A stretch of 28,734 nucleotides of DNA from Synechococcus sp. (GTDB taxonomy: Bacteria > Cyanobacteriota > Cyanobacteriia > Thermostichales > PCC-7336): assembly GCA_051439605.1 (NCBI GenBank), contig JBFRWN010000121.1, positions 1 through 28,734 of the forward strand, read 5' to 3'. Positions 1-9,565 of this stretch are shown piece by piece; the first letter of the stretch is position 1; every line of letters begins with the position of its first letter. Under the pieces are notes generated by a model. The model ran no database searches, had not been told where the DNA came from, and saw only the letters and a list, made by a program, of their open reading frames with translations. Both the position numbers and the translations under genes were made by a program.

Positions 1-126
1 GAGACCTTCTACACGAAGAACATTCTGTTGAACGAAGGGATTCGTGCTTGGATGGCTCCTCAGGATCAGCCTCAGCGCAACTACGTTTTCCCCGAGGAAG
101 TTCTGCCTCGCGGTAACGCTCTCTAA
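1..126 (+). CDS. psbD: Photosystem II D2 protein, 3' end only (stand-alone psbD2-type copy)
   Basis: Frame 1 reads [41 protein letters not shown], the D2 C-terminus. The overlapping psbC GTG is absent (cgcggtaacg rather than cgtggtaacg) and a terminator follows. Confidence 0.97.
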   Translation, partial: ETFYTKNILLNEGIRAWMAPQDQPQRNYVFPEEVLPRGNAL

Positions 127-160
127 ACAGTGCATGGCCGATCGCTTGTTGAGCGATTGC

Positions 161-188
161 TGCCCCGCCGCTGGTGGGGCATTTTTTT
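161..188 (+). terminator. Rho-independent terminator after psbD
   Basis: Stem tgccccgcc / ggtggggca with 3-nt loop, followed by a T7 run. Confidence 0.8.
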
Positions 189-318
189 GCAAGTTTCCAT
201 GACCCTGTGGGAGATTGCGGTTTGCGACCAAGGTGAATCGGTAGGTGACGCCGACAGGTTTGGCATCTATGAATTGAACTTAGTAAATCGATCTTGGCAT
301 CACAAAAGCTGCTAACGA

Positions 319-777
319 CTACTCCCGTGAAGCATAAATATTGGCGATCGCCACCGCGCCATCTCCTCGCTCCACCGGTACCAAGATGCGCAAATATTCT
401 TCTCCTTCAAATTCGTCCAACCGTTCCCATTCATTGGGCAAGTTGACCGATGCGAACACCTGAACGGCAAAGCGATCGCCCTCCGGTTCCCACCTCATCC
501 CCGGATACTCGATTCCGCCCCCCCAACTACCGGGCTTGAACTGCTGTCCGCACACAAACCCTGCCCGCCATTGGCCCCTCAGCGGATGCAACACCCACTC
601 GTTTTCTTCCCCCGGTGCCAAAGTGCCGTAAACGGCCAGCAGCATCGAAGCTCGAAAGAGCGATTCGGCGATCTCCTCCGCATGTCGCGCTTCCTCAGTT
701 TGTGACCCCTGCATCCGCTCCGCATTAATGGATTGCAGCAGTCGAATTAAGCCGCGATCGCTCGCATCCACCTGCAT
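319..777 (-). CDS. Gamma-glutamylcyclotransferase (GGCT/AIG2-like) family protein
   Basis: LAVYGTLAPGEEN motif and C-terminal WERLDEFEGEEYLRILV. The ATG overlaps the stop of the upstream gene (TAATG). Confidence 0.8.
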   Translation of the reverse strand: MQVDASDRGLIRLLQSINAERMQGSQTEEARHAEEIAESLFRASMLLAVYGTLAPGEENEWVLHPLRGQWRAGFVCGQQFKPGSWGGGIEYPGMRWEPEGDRFAVQVFASVNLPNEWERLDEFEGEEYLRILVPVERGDGAVAIANIYASRE

Positions 778-2339
778 TATCCCACCCCAATCTCATCTAA
801 TAACTCCAGATGCTTGCTCACTGGAGCGATGGTATTCGCCGCGATCGCCCCACTAGCCGCTACCGCAGGCAACCCAATTCCCGGGAATGTCGAATCCCCG
901 CAGCAATACAAACCCTTTAACGGAGTCTTCGGTCCCGGAAACAACGCTTGGCCCGCCCGCAACGCCGGTCCGTAAGTCCCGTGGTGACGCCGTAAGAATC
1001 TGGCGTGAGTTAGCGGAGTTCCCACCATCTCCACCTCCACCCGCGATCGCACATCTGGAATCACCCGTTCTAGCCCGCGCCACATTACCTCCGCCCGCTC
1101 CCGCTTCAGTTGGGCATAGTCCCCGCTCCTACGGTCCAACCCACGCCACACCGCATAAGGTTCGTTCCCCGGCGTATAGACGTGAATGGTGTGCTTGCCC
1201 GCCGGCGCTACGGAAGGGTCGAGCAGCGACGGAATGGAAATTAAGACCACGTTCTGCGGCGCATCAATCCCCAACTTCCAGTCGTTGACCGCAATGTAAT
1301 GACAGGCCAAATCCTCCGGTAAGCTAGAGGCGTCTATCCCTAAATGCAAGTGCATAAAGCTGGCACATTCCGGCGTTGCCTGTCGCCGCTTGCGAAACAG
1401 ATTCGGCAGCGATTTCTCCGGTATCAACTTGAGCGTGTCCCACACCGAAGCATTCGAAACGATCGCCTTCCTAGCCCAAAGGGTAGTGCCATTGCGCAAT
1501 GCCAATCCCGCGGCCCGATTGTTCTCCACCACCACGCGATCGACATGGGTTCCCAGTCGCAGCCTGCCCCCATACTTCTCCAGCCCCCGCACCAGCGCGT
1601 TCACTAGCGCTCCACTTCCCCCCAGCGGATAATCCAACTGAACGCCGTGGCGGTACCATTCCGCAAACATGAAGGCCACCTCTGCCCCAATCGTGCCGTC
1701 TGCCGGTAATCCAGAGAGTAGAAAGCACAGTAGGTCCAGCCAATTTCGGGCAAATTCATCGGCGATCGCCTCGTCCATAATGTGGCTAAACGGTCCTGTC
1801 AGCTTCAACAGGTTACGGGCATGCTTGGCTAACTGGGGGGCAAATCGTCCCACAATCTTGATGGCCCCCCAATCAAACCGCATGGCTGTCGGTGGTAACG
1901 CATTCGCCGCCTCTGCCAGTGGCTTCATCAACTGCTGCAACTGCCGCCATTCTGCTACCGCATCTTCCCCCCGCAGTCGCTGCAACACCTCGCAGAACTG
2001 GTCTGCCCCCACCGTTGTATCGAACTCCCCCTCCGGCAGCAAACATCCCCAGCGATCGTAGTTCGCCCATTCCACATCTTCGCCGATGGCGTCCAAGACT
2101 TGCCGCAGCGGATTGGGAGAAGGGCTATGGGATAAACCGGAATAAAGCGAGGGACCGGAATCAAACGTGTATCCATCCCGCTGAAAAGCATGCGCCGCCC
2201 CACCTGGAATCGAGTGACTCTCGCACACCACTACGTCGTAACCGTACTTTGCCAGCAATGCCCCGCAACAGAGCCCTCCGATGCCGCTGCCAATAATGGC
2301 CACATCCACCTGAAGGGGATCTCGACTGCCGTTCGACAT
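777..2339 (-). CDS. Phytoene desaturase / carotenoid isomerase (CrtH/CrtISO-like) FAD-dependent oxidoreductase
   Basis: N-terminal GSGIGG Rossmann motif, GYTFDSGPS, and C-terminal GLYCCGDSTFPGIGLPAVAASG. ATG at 2339 is preceded by AGGTG; GTG at 2351 is an alternative start. Exact substrate not assignable. Confidence 0.85.
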   Translation of the reverse strand: MSNGSRDPLQVDVAIIGSGIGGLCCGALLAKYGYDVVVCESHSIPGGAAHAFQRDGYTFDSGPSLYSGLSHSPSPNPLRQVLDAIGEDVEWANYDRWGCLLPEGEFDTTVGADQFCEVLQRLRGEDAVAEWRQLQQLMKPLAEAANALPPTAMRFDWGAIKIVGRFAPQLAKHARNLLKLTGPFSHIMDEAIADEFARNWLDLLCFLLSGLPADGTIGAEVAFMFAEWYRHGVQLDYPLGGSGALVNALVRGLEKYGGRLRLGTHVDRVVVENNRAAGLALRNGTTLWARKAIVSNASVWDTLKLIPEKSLPNLFRKRRQATPECASFMHLHLGIDASSLPEDLACHYIAVNDWKLGIDAPQNVVLISIPSLLDPSVAPAGKHTIHVYTPGNEPYAVWRGLDRRSGDYAQLKRERAEVMWRGLERVIPDVRSRVEVEMVGTPLTHARFLRRHHGTYGPALRAGQALFPGPKTPLKGLYCCGDSTFPGIGLPAVAASGAIAANTIAPVSKHLELLDEIGVG

Positions 2340-2971
2340 AGCGTGTTTCACCTGGAAATGCGTTCAATTTCTTCAGCCTACTTGCTGTCAACCCCCCAGC
2401 TATCCCAGATGTATTGCTTTACCTTTTAATCTTCTGGAATGGGGAGAGACGATCTCCAGTGGTACCGAGCTGCACTTTTTGTAACAACGCTATCAGTTGA
2501 AGACTGCAAGGCTTCGTCGCCGTGGCAAAGTTCGGGGATTGGGGAATCGAGTGCTAGCAGTCGGTATAAACCTCAACATAAATTCGAAATTTGTTTCCCG
2601 GTATCTCGAACGTTCGACAGGCAATAAATCAGCCTAAGAATTTGCGATTAACTGCGATTGTTCTGCACGAGTCTAAGAAAGAAACCCTTTCTTCAGACGC
2701 AGTCCCTCTACAGTTCAGCACTCTCTAAACGCCTTCTATACAAAGGGTTTGGACAAATTAATATGACTGTAATCCGAAATGTAGTCCAGCAGAAAGAAGT
2801 CTTGAAGTTACCCATCAATGTGCTTGAAAATACATTTAGAAAATTAATGCCATGTGCTCGCTAGAAGCTGAAGCAAAAGTTAGCGAAATTCCCCCTTTAC
2901 TGTAAAATGCCCACCAGTATCGATACCTACAGACTGACGAGAGCAATCTCGGGAAGGAGCTCGGAAATTTC

Positions 2972-4105
2972 ATGCGCATCGCCCTGTTCACCGAAACCTT
3001 TTTGCCGAAGATTGACGGCATCGTAACGCGCCTGTGCCACACCATCGAACATCTCACCGCCCACGGCAACGAAGTGATGGTGGTTGCCCCCGAAATTGAC
3101 GGTGCCCCCGAATATTTTCATAACGCCCGCGTCCACGGCATGCCCAGCCTGCCTTTGCCCCTCTACCCTGAGCTCAAGTTGGCTGCCCCCGGCCCCGCCA
3201 TTGGTCGCGTCCTGCGCGATTTCCAGCCCGACCTAATCCACGTCGTCAATCCTGCCGTTTTGGGTCTAGGAGGCATCTACTATAGCGACAGCATGGACGT
3301 CCCCCTAGTGGCCTCTTACCACACCCACCTGCCCAAGTATCTGCAGCATTACGGCCTGGGCTTTTTAGAAAGCACCCTGTGGGGACTTTTGAAGATGGGC
3401 CACAACCGCGCCCAAATCAATCTCTGTACCTCCACCGCCATGCAAGAGGAACTGAGCACCCACGGTATCGAGCGGGTGCATGTTTGGCAGCGGGGGGTAG
3501 ACACCGAACTTTTCCATCCCAGCGCTGCAACAGACGAGATGCGCTTCCGCCTTAGTGATGGTCAGCCCGATCGTCCCCTCCTCCTCTATGTGGGTCGCCT
3601 CTCTGCCGAAAAAGAAGTCACCCGAATTCGCACAATCCTGAAGCAACTTCCTGAAACGCGACTGGCAGTGGTGGGGGATGGCCCCAATCGCGAAGGCATC
3701 GAACAGCATTTTGATGGCCACGATGTGGTCTTTACGGGCTACCTCAAAGGACAGGAACTAGCCTCCGCATTTGCCTCCGCTGACTTGTTCGTTTTCCCCT
3801 CCCGCACTGAGACTTTGGGCCTAGTGTTACTAGAGGCGATGGCAGCAGGATGTCCGGCAATGGCCGCTCGATCGGGGGGGATTACCGACATTATCGAAGA
3901 AGGGGTGAATGGCTACCTATTTGCCCCCCACTCGGATGAAGAGTTTGTGAATGTAGCCCGCCAGATGCTAACCGATCGCGATCGGATGATAGAAATTCGC
4001 ACCAACGCTCGTCAGGAAGCAGAGTGCTGGGGCTGGGAAGCCGCCACCCACCAACTGGAAGAGTTTTACCGCAAAATACATACCAACGTGAAAGTGGCTG
4101 CGTAA
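2972..4105 (+). CDS. sqdX: Sulfoquinovosyldiacylglycerol synthase (GT4 glycosyltransferase)
   Basis: MRIALFTETFLPKIDGIVTRL start, VASYHTHLPKYL, and FPSRTETLGLVLLEAMAAG (GT4 EX7E motif). Matches cyanobacterial SqdX as recalled. Confidence 0.88.
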   Translation: MRIALFTETFLPKIDGIVTRLCHTIEHLTAHGNEVMVVAPEIDGAPEYFHNARVHGMPSLPLPLYPELKLAAPGPAIGRVLRDFQPDLIHVVNPAVLGLGGIYYSDSMDVPLVASYHTHLPKYLQHYGLGFLESTLWGLLKMGHNRAQINLCTSTAMQEELSTHGIERVHVWQRGVDTELFHPSAATDEMRFRLSDGQPDRPLLLYVGRLSAEKEVTRIRTILKQLPETRLAVVGDGPNREGIEQHFDGHDVVFTGYLKGQELASAFASADLFVFPSRTETLGLVLLEAMAAGCPAMAARSGGITDIIEEGVNGYLFAPHSDEEFVNVARQMLTDRDRMIEIRTNARQEAECWGWEAATHQLEEFYRKIHTNVKVAA

Positions 4106-4106
4106 C

Positions 4107-4916
4107 TCAACCCCCCGCCCTAGTGGGAATCGCATCAATCCCCGTCAAAATAATCGCTGTCTCATCAATCGGCTTGGTCGATAACCCCTCTAAAGAATCC
4201 GCCTCCCGCACCAGCCGCCGATGCAGCAAGTAGTACTTACTGACCTTCATGTAATAGTCCCGCACATCGCGGGCGGAAATCACTTCGTCCGTCTCGCGAT
4301 CGCGAATCACCTCGCGAAACTCAGTCGGTAGGTATCCCGCCTTGGGTTGAATCGTTGCAAAGGTGGTAACGGTAACGTCAAAATCCCCGATGTGACGAGT
4401 TACCTCCACAATCTTGTTGTTCTGAATTCGGTAGGTGGCATCAATATCGGGCCCCCTTTCCTCAATCGCAAACGCTCCAGACAAATCGGTATCCACCAGT
4501 GAAAAGCTGGCATCCCCGTGTGATGTTTCAAAGGAGGTAGGGGCATGTTGCGCATTCACTTCATCGAGCTGTTCGCGCGCAAAGTTGCGCACGTCCTCTC
4601 GCACCAGGTTAAAGAGCTCTACTCGATAATCGGGATTCACCCGCACCCGCCCCTGATAAATTTGCCTGTCGTAGGTCACCGAAACCTCTGCTTCGTAACC
4701 GGGTAAGTCGGCTTCATCCACATAGCGGTTCTGGAATGCCCTTTGGAAGATTGCCCGACCCGCATCCTCGCTCGCAGCGCTTGCACCGTCACACCACCCC
4801 CCCAATCCCACCACCGCCAGCAGGAATACTCCCAGCAAGCTCGGGATTAGAGACCGCAAACGGCAGTAGCGATCGCTCTGCCCGGTCCAAGCTCCTGAGG
4901 ATTGAAGGCTGCTCAT
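4107..4916 (-). CDS. DUF3386-like protein with hydrophobic N-terminal signal/anchor
   Basis: FQRAFQNRY...LPGYEAEVSV pattern typical of DUF3386, and hydrophobic stretch LLGVFLLAVVGLGG. Start uncertain (4916 ATG or 4928 TTG). Confidence 0.7.
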   Translation of the reverse strand: MSSLQSSGAWTGQSDRYCRLRSLIPSLLGVFLLAVVGLGGWCDGASAASEDAGRAIFQRAFQNRYVDEADLPGYEAEVSVTYDRQIYQGRVRVNPDYRVELFNLVREDVRNFAREQLDEVNAQHAPTSFETSHGDASFSLVDTDLSGAFAIEERGPDIDATYRIQNNKIVEVTRHIGDFDVTVTTFATIQPKAGYLPTEFREVIRDRETDEVISARDVRDYYMKVSKYYLLHRRLVREADSLEGLSTKPIDETAIILTGIDAIPTRAGG

Positions 4917-5001
4917 GAAAGATGCCAATCAAGACTACTGGCATTCTACGGGGCATTGAAGTCAGTCGAGAAACTGCTGGCAAACGCTGAAGCGTTTGTT
5001 T

Positions 5002-6096
5002 TTATGTGGTTTTCACCGGTTCGGTCTTCGAGTTGGCAAGCTTGGCAAAAATCATCCGACCTGCTGAAGTCTGCAGCGCGCTGGTGACCTCGACCGGACG
5101 CTTCTTACCGATGACCTCACCGCCACATTCCACCACCACCATGGTGCCGTCCTCCAGATAGCCCACCCCCTGTCCGGGTTCTTTCCCTTCCCGGACGATC
5201 TTGAGGCTGATACTATCCCCTGGTAGGTAAGCAGGACGCAGTGCCTCGGCCAACTCATTCACGTTTAACACCACGACATTTTGCAGAGTCGCCACCTTAT
5301 TTAAATTGAAATCGGTGGTCAATAGGGCGCCGTCAGTGATTTGGGCTAGACGGACAAGCTTTTCGTCCACGGTGTCCAGCTCCGGAAAGTCCGCTTCGTG
5401 GATCAAAATGCGCTCGGGGTAGTTGTCCTGCAGGTTTTGTAAGATATCCAACCCGCGACGTCCCCGCTCCCGCTTTTGGGGATCGGATTTATCGGCGATT
5501 GCCTGGAGTTCCAACAAGACAAAACGAGGAACGACAACCGTACCCTCAATGAAATTAGTTTCGATTAACTTCCCAACCCGACCATCAATAATGCAGCTGG
5601 TGTCCAGCACTTTGGCGCAGGCAGGTAACACTGAGCCCTCTGCCATTAACGACGCCTGGATAGCTAGGTTGGGGTTGAACAGCCGCAACAACGAACGCCC
5701 GTGGCTGTCCCCCAAACTGACTCCCAAATAGGCAAAACAGAGGCTAAAAAAGACCGATGTGAGTGGTTCGATAAAGTTCAGTTCTTTGGGCAAAGGCAAC
5801 AGGTAAACCGGCCCCATTGCCAAGTTGGCCAACAGCAAACCGACCACTAACCCAATGGAACGGGTGACGAGAATATCCACTGGTAGCGATCGCACCGTGC
5901 GCTCAAATCGACGATAGGCCCACCGCACGATGGCACCCAACAATAGACCTGCTAAACCACCAAATCCAGCGGTTACAAATCGGGCACCGTCGATGTTTGC
6001 CCCCTGTAGGGTAGTCTCAGGCAGAAAATCGAGACCATAAGCACCGACACCTGCCCCTGCTAGGATAAAAATTAAGATGAGTAAGACGTCTAGCAT
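5002..6096 (-). CDS. Membrane PIN/TRAM domain protein (YacL-like)
   Basis: Four N-terminal TM segments, PIN motif KVLDTSCIIDGR, and TRAM motif GKEPGQGVGYLEDGTMVVVE. Confidence 0.93.
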   Translation of the reverse strand: MLDVLLILIFILAGAGVGAYGLDFLPETTLQGANIDGARFVTAGFGGLAGLLLGAIVRWAYRRFERTVRSLPVDILVTRSIGLVVGLLLANLAMGPVYLLPLPKELNFIEPLTSVFFSLCFAYLGVSLGDSHGRSLLRLFNPNLAIQASLMAEGSVLPACAKVLDTSCIIDGRVGKLIETNFIEGTVVVPRFVLLELQAIADKSDPQKRERGRRGLDILQNLQDNYPERILIHEADFPELDTVDEKLVRLAQITDGALLTTDFNLNKVATLQNVVVLNVNELAEALRPAYLPGDSISLKIVREGKEPGQGVGYLEDGTMVVVECGGEVIGKKRPVEVTSALQTSAGRMIFAKLANSKTEPVKTT

Positions 6097-6314
6097 AGTG
6101 GTTGCGGATTCCCCGAACGGTTCGGGTGGTTGCTGTCACTGAGGGTGTGTCCTCAAGCCTGTCCATTATCGTATCGACCGATCGGAGATCGTTTAATACG
6201 CACGCTTGTATAAGGGCGAGCCGTAAAGCAGCTTGACAGAATTATAGCGGCCTGCCTCAAGCCCCTCCAGCCAGTACCATCCACTAGCACTGTTTAACAG
6301 CATTTCTTCACAAC

Positions 6315-7538
6315 ATGAGTTCGCTCCATCACATCTCCAGGCCATCACCGCTGGCAGACCCTTTTGCATTTGATTTACCCACGGCCGCCTATCTACACAT
6401 CCCTTTTTGTCGCCGTCGTTGCCACTATTGTGACTTCGCCACCGGGCGCGGTACTGGCGAGCTGATCGAAACCTACGTCCAATCCCTCTGCAGTCAGATT
6501 GGGTCGATCGCTACCCCCCACTCCAGTTCGAAAACAGAGGAAGTGCTGCAGACTGTCTTTTTTGGGGGGGGGACACCGTCGTTATTGACTGGGGAGCAAC
6601 TGAGTAGACTCCTAACTGTGCTGCGGAAACAGCTGCAATTTTCCTCCACCGCCGAAATTTCTCTGGAGGCCAATCCCGGTACGGTCAATCGGCAGAAATT
6701 GACTGACTTTCGAGCTGCAGGTGTCAATCGCATTAGCCTGGGGGCACAGGCCTTTCAGCCAGAATTGCTAGAAGCCTGCGGTCGCCTCCATGGTGTCGAA
6801 GAGGTGTATCAGGCGGTCACCGACCTTAGATTGGCTGGGTTTGAGAATTTCAACCTCGACCTGATCTTCGGGCTTCCTCACCAGACTCTCGACCATTGGC
6901 AAGAGTCACTACAGGAGGTGATTCGCCTCGCCCCTCCACACGTCTCGCTCTACGACTTGACTGTAGAATCGGGAACCCGCTTTGGTCGCCTGTACAAGCC
7001 TGGCAGCCAACCTTTACCCAGCGATCTCGACACCGTCGAAATGTATAAATTGGCGATCGCTCTGCTCAGCGAAGCTGGCTACCACCACTACGAAGTGTCT
7101 AACTTTGCCAAGCCAGGGTACGAATGCCGCCACAACCGAGTCTATTGGGAAAATCGCAGCTATTACGGATTGGGGATGGGGGCCACGGGTTACGTTGAGG
7201 GTCGCCGTTACGAAAACCCCAAAACCTTGGCGGAGTATTTTCAGATGGTGGAGCGTCACGCGATGCCCACCGCCGAACGAGTCAGCCCCCAAGATCGGTT
7301 GGTGGATACGTTAATGTTAGGGTTGCGATTGAGTGAAGGGATTTCCATACCCGAATTGGTGGCCCAATTTGGCCAGGAGGCGATGGATACGATTTTGTTC
7401 ACCCTACAGACCTATCAGGAACGGAGTTGGGTGGAGGCATCTGGCGATCGCCTGCGGCTGTTGCCTCCCGATGGCTGGCTGTTTTCCAACAGTATCTTGG
7501 TGGATTTGATGGCAGCCCTTTCCAGAGAAACTGTGTAG
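6315..7538 (+). CDS. hemW: Radical SAM heme chaperone HemW (HemN-like)
   Basis: YLHIPFCRRRCHYCDF (CxxxCxxC), FFGGGTPS, YEVSNFA, and HNRVYW (HNxxYW, HemW-type). Confidence 0.9.
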   Translation: MSSLHHISRPSPLADPFAFDLPTAAYLHIPFCRRRCHYCDFATGRGTGELIETYVQSLCSQIGSIATPHSSSKTEEVLQTVFFGGGTPSLLTGEQLSRLLTVLRKQLQFSSTAEISLEANPGTVNRQKLTDFRAAGVNRISLGAQAFQPELLEACGRLHGVEEVYQAVTDLRLAGFENFNLDLIFGLPHQTLDHWQESLQEVIRLAPPHVSLYDLTVESGTRFGRLYKPGSQPLPSDLDTVEMYKLAIALLSEAGYHHYEVSNFAKPGYECRHNRVYWENRSYYGLGMGATGYVEGRRYENPKTLAEYFQMVERHAMPTAERVSPQDRLVDTLMLGLRLSEGISIPELVAQFGQEAMDTILFTLQTYQERSWVEASGDRLRLLPPDGWLFSNSILVDLMAALSRETV

Positions 7539-7648
7539 TCTGTGCCTGTTTTGTTTTTGCGATTGTGACCACTTGCCCTAGACGCCCATCGCCTCAACCC
7601 ATGCTGTGCAGACCCACCCGCAGCTCAGCGCTCTTAACGTTTTGATAC

Positions 7649-7685
7649 AATTATCGATAAGTCATTAAATTGTCGATAAGCCATT
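7649..7685. promoter_or_regulatory. Tandem 18-bp direct repeat with palindromic core, candidate operator
   Basis: aattatcgataagtcatt (7649-7666) and aattgtcgataagccatt (7668-7685), 16/18 identical, directly upstream of the RBS of the 7699 ORF. Confidence 0.4.
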
Positions 7686-7698
7686 GAGGGTACAGACC

Positions 7699-7878
7699 AT
7701 GGACGAAGCTGCGGTACAGGTGTTGAAAGACAGAATAGAGGCCATTCGCGATCGCCGCCCTTCCATTGAAAAACTGCTGGATCGCACCGACCTCGGCACC
7801 TTGCGAGTGGATGTCAATCAAGCATTAGAAGAGATTGATGATTTGCTGGAGGATTACACGCGTGCCTTCCCACGGTAG
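7699..7878 (+). CDS. Small conserved-looking helical hypothetical protein (59 aa)
   Basis: GAGGG RBS before the ATG, and amphipathic sequence LGTLRVDVNQALEEIDDLL. Confidence 0.7.
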   Translation: MDEAAVQVLKDRIEAIRDRRPSIEKLLDRTDLGTLRVDVNQALEEIDDLLEDYTRAFPR

Positions 7879-8154
7879 TTTCCCTTTAGCCAATATCCTC
7901 CTCTTAGGGGTCTTATCAAAGAGGCGCTTCTTCCTCCCGCAGGGATAGTAAAGAACAATGGACGAGCATTATTCAGCCTTTTTCGTTAGATTGAAGACTC
8001 CGTTCCCTTCAATGCATGACCGACGGAGAAACGCTTTCGATGACTTTTTGTTGCTTTTGTTTTAGCGTTCTTCCCAGTGCAGGTTGTGTCATCGCCATCT
8101 GGTTCCCCTCCGATATTCGGCTTACATACCCATATGTGATGGAGCTCTGACTGT

Positions 8155-8535
8155 ATGGCTGAACCCGACAGCAAACAGATTCTGAAAGAATTACTCGGCC
8201 CGCTTCTAGAGGATTTCCACTATTGGTTTGGTAAGTCTGTCACGCTGCTTGAAGATAATCAGATCGATTTTCTCTCCCGAGACCAGCAGGCCGATTTGCT
8301 GGAGAGGGTTCGGGTGGCTCAATTGGAGCTGCAATCTGCTGAGCAGCTCTATAATTTGTCGGATAATACAGTAGGGATAGATCCTAAACTGGTGGTGAAA
8401 TGGCATCGCTTGTTGTTGGAATGCGGCAATGTCGGTCGGCGATTTCGCAATCTAACCGCTGCAGATCCCAATCCTTCCCGTACACGCGATGTCGATGGTA
8501 GGCAGAAGGGTAATCCCTTTCTCGGTGAAGGATAA
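8155..8535 (+). CDS. DUF2605 family protein
   Basis: LLGPLLEDFHYWFGKS...QQADLLERV...WHRLLLEC pattern. Lies upstream of a DUF2973 gene, a pairing recalled from cyanobacteria. Confidence 0.8.
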   Translation: MAEPDSKQILKELLGPLLEDFHYWFGKSVTLLEDNQIDFLSRDQQADLLERVRVAQLELQSAEQLYNLSDNTVGIDPKLVVKWHRLLLECGNVGRRFRNLTAADPNPSRTRDVDGRQKGNPFLGEG

Positions 8536-8638
8536 GGGGACGCCTGTTTGAATCCTTGAAAGACTCGACTTCAGAAGTCTTCGATAAACGACCATTTGCG
8601 TTTCTTTTTTTGTTATCTCTTGTTAGCGGGGTGTTTTA

Positions 8639-8929
8639 ATGCTGCAGATTCTTTATCTCACTGCCTTTGCCGCCATTAGTTTTTTGGTTATTCGCAATTT
8701 AGTGATGAATTTGGTGGCGATGAGCCGTAACGAGATGCAGCCTCCTGCATTGCGCAACAAACCCCGTGTCCCCGTCCATCCAGAGCTCCTCGATGAAGAT
8801 GGGAATGTCACAGACGAGCCGCTGTTGGTGATTCGTTCTGCCAATTTGGAGGAAGCTCGCGATCGCCTTGATGCCCTCTACCATGGTGATACTGAATCGG
8901 GGGATGACGATCTACAACCCAGCGTCTAA
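8639..8929 (+). CDS. DUF2973 family membrane protein
   Basis: N-terminal TM segment and VHPELLDEDGNVTDEPLLVIRS...ARDRLDALY motif. Confidence 0.8.
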   Translation: MLQILYLTAFAAISFLVIRNLVMNLVAMSRNEMQPPALRNKPRVPVHPELLDEDGNVTDEPLLVIRSANLEEARDRLDALYHGDTESGDDDLQPSV

Positions 8930-9067
8930 GGACAACGTAGGCTAGACACGAAAGGGCGCCATAGTAGCAATTTATTTGAAGCGGATCGATTTTTTGCTCT
9001 CTTAGCTCAGTTTAATCCTGGTTTTTAGAGTCACCCTTAGCGAGCTAAACCAGCAAGATCGACCGAC

Positions 9068-9104
9068 GAAAAAGACCTCGTCCGTTTTCGAGCGAGGTCT
9101 TTTC
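9068..9104. terminator. Bidirectional intrinsic terminator between convergent genes
   Basis: gaaaaagacctcg...cgaggtcttttc inverted repeat with A/T runs on both sides. Confidence 0.75.
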
Positions 9105-9134
9105 AAAAGTTTCAGTCAATCAGATGAGAGGAGC

Positions 9135-9440
9135 TTACCAGCTAGATTTTGTAACGCCGGGTAGCAGACCCTGGTGAGCCATCTCGCGGAGGCAGTGGCG
9201 AGACAGGCCAAAATCCCGGAAAACGCCACGGGGACGGCCGGTAACCCAGCAACGGTTGCGAACTCGACTGGGGGCGCTGTTGCGGGGAAGCTTTTGTAAC
9301 TTGGCGTGCAGCTCTAAGCGTTCGATGGGATCGAGATCGGGATTGGCAAGTGCGGCCTTTAGGTCGGCGCGCTTGGCTGCATACTTTTCAACTAATTTCT
9401 TGCGCTTCACGTCCCGCGCAATCATGCTTTTTTTGGCCAC
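9135..9440 (-). CDS. rpsN: 30S ribosomal protein S14 (long form)
   Basis: [17 protein letters not shown]...[12 protein letters not shown]...[14 protein letters not shown] start. Confidence 0.98.
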   Translation of the reverse strand: MAKKSMIARDVKRKKLVEKYAAKRADLKAALANPDLDPIERLELHAKLQKLPRNSAPSRVRNRCWVTGRPRGVFRDFGLSRHCLREMAHQGLLPGVTKSSW

Positions 9441-9565
9441 AGCTATCCCACAAAAATTTAGAACTTTACACAGGCTTTTTATCTTAAATTAAGCGAACCG
9501 AGAATGCAAGTCTGAGAATGCCACGGGAGGCAATAGCCGCAGGCGATCTCCATCAGCATCCAAGC

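Noticed and set aside
5002..6096. PIN toxin of a toxin-antitoxin or defence system
   Set aside because: Membrane PIN/TRAM (YacL-like) architecture is a conserved housekeeping gene, and no antitoxin is adjacent.
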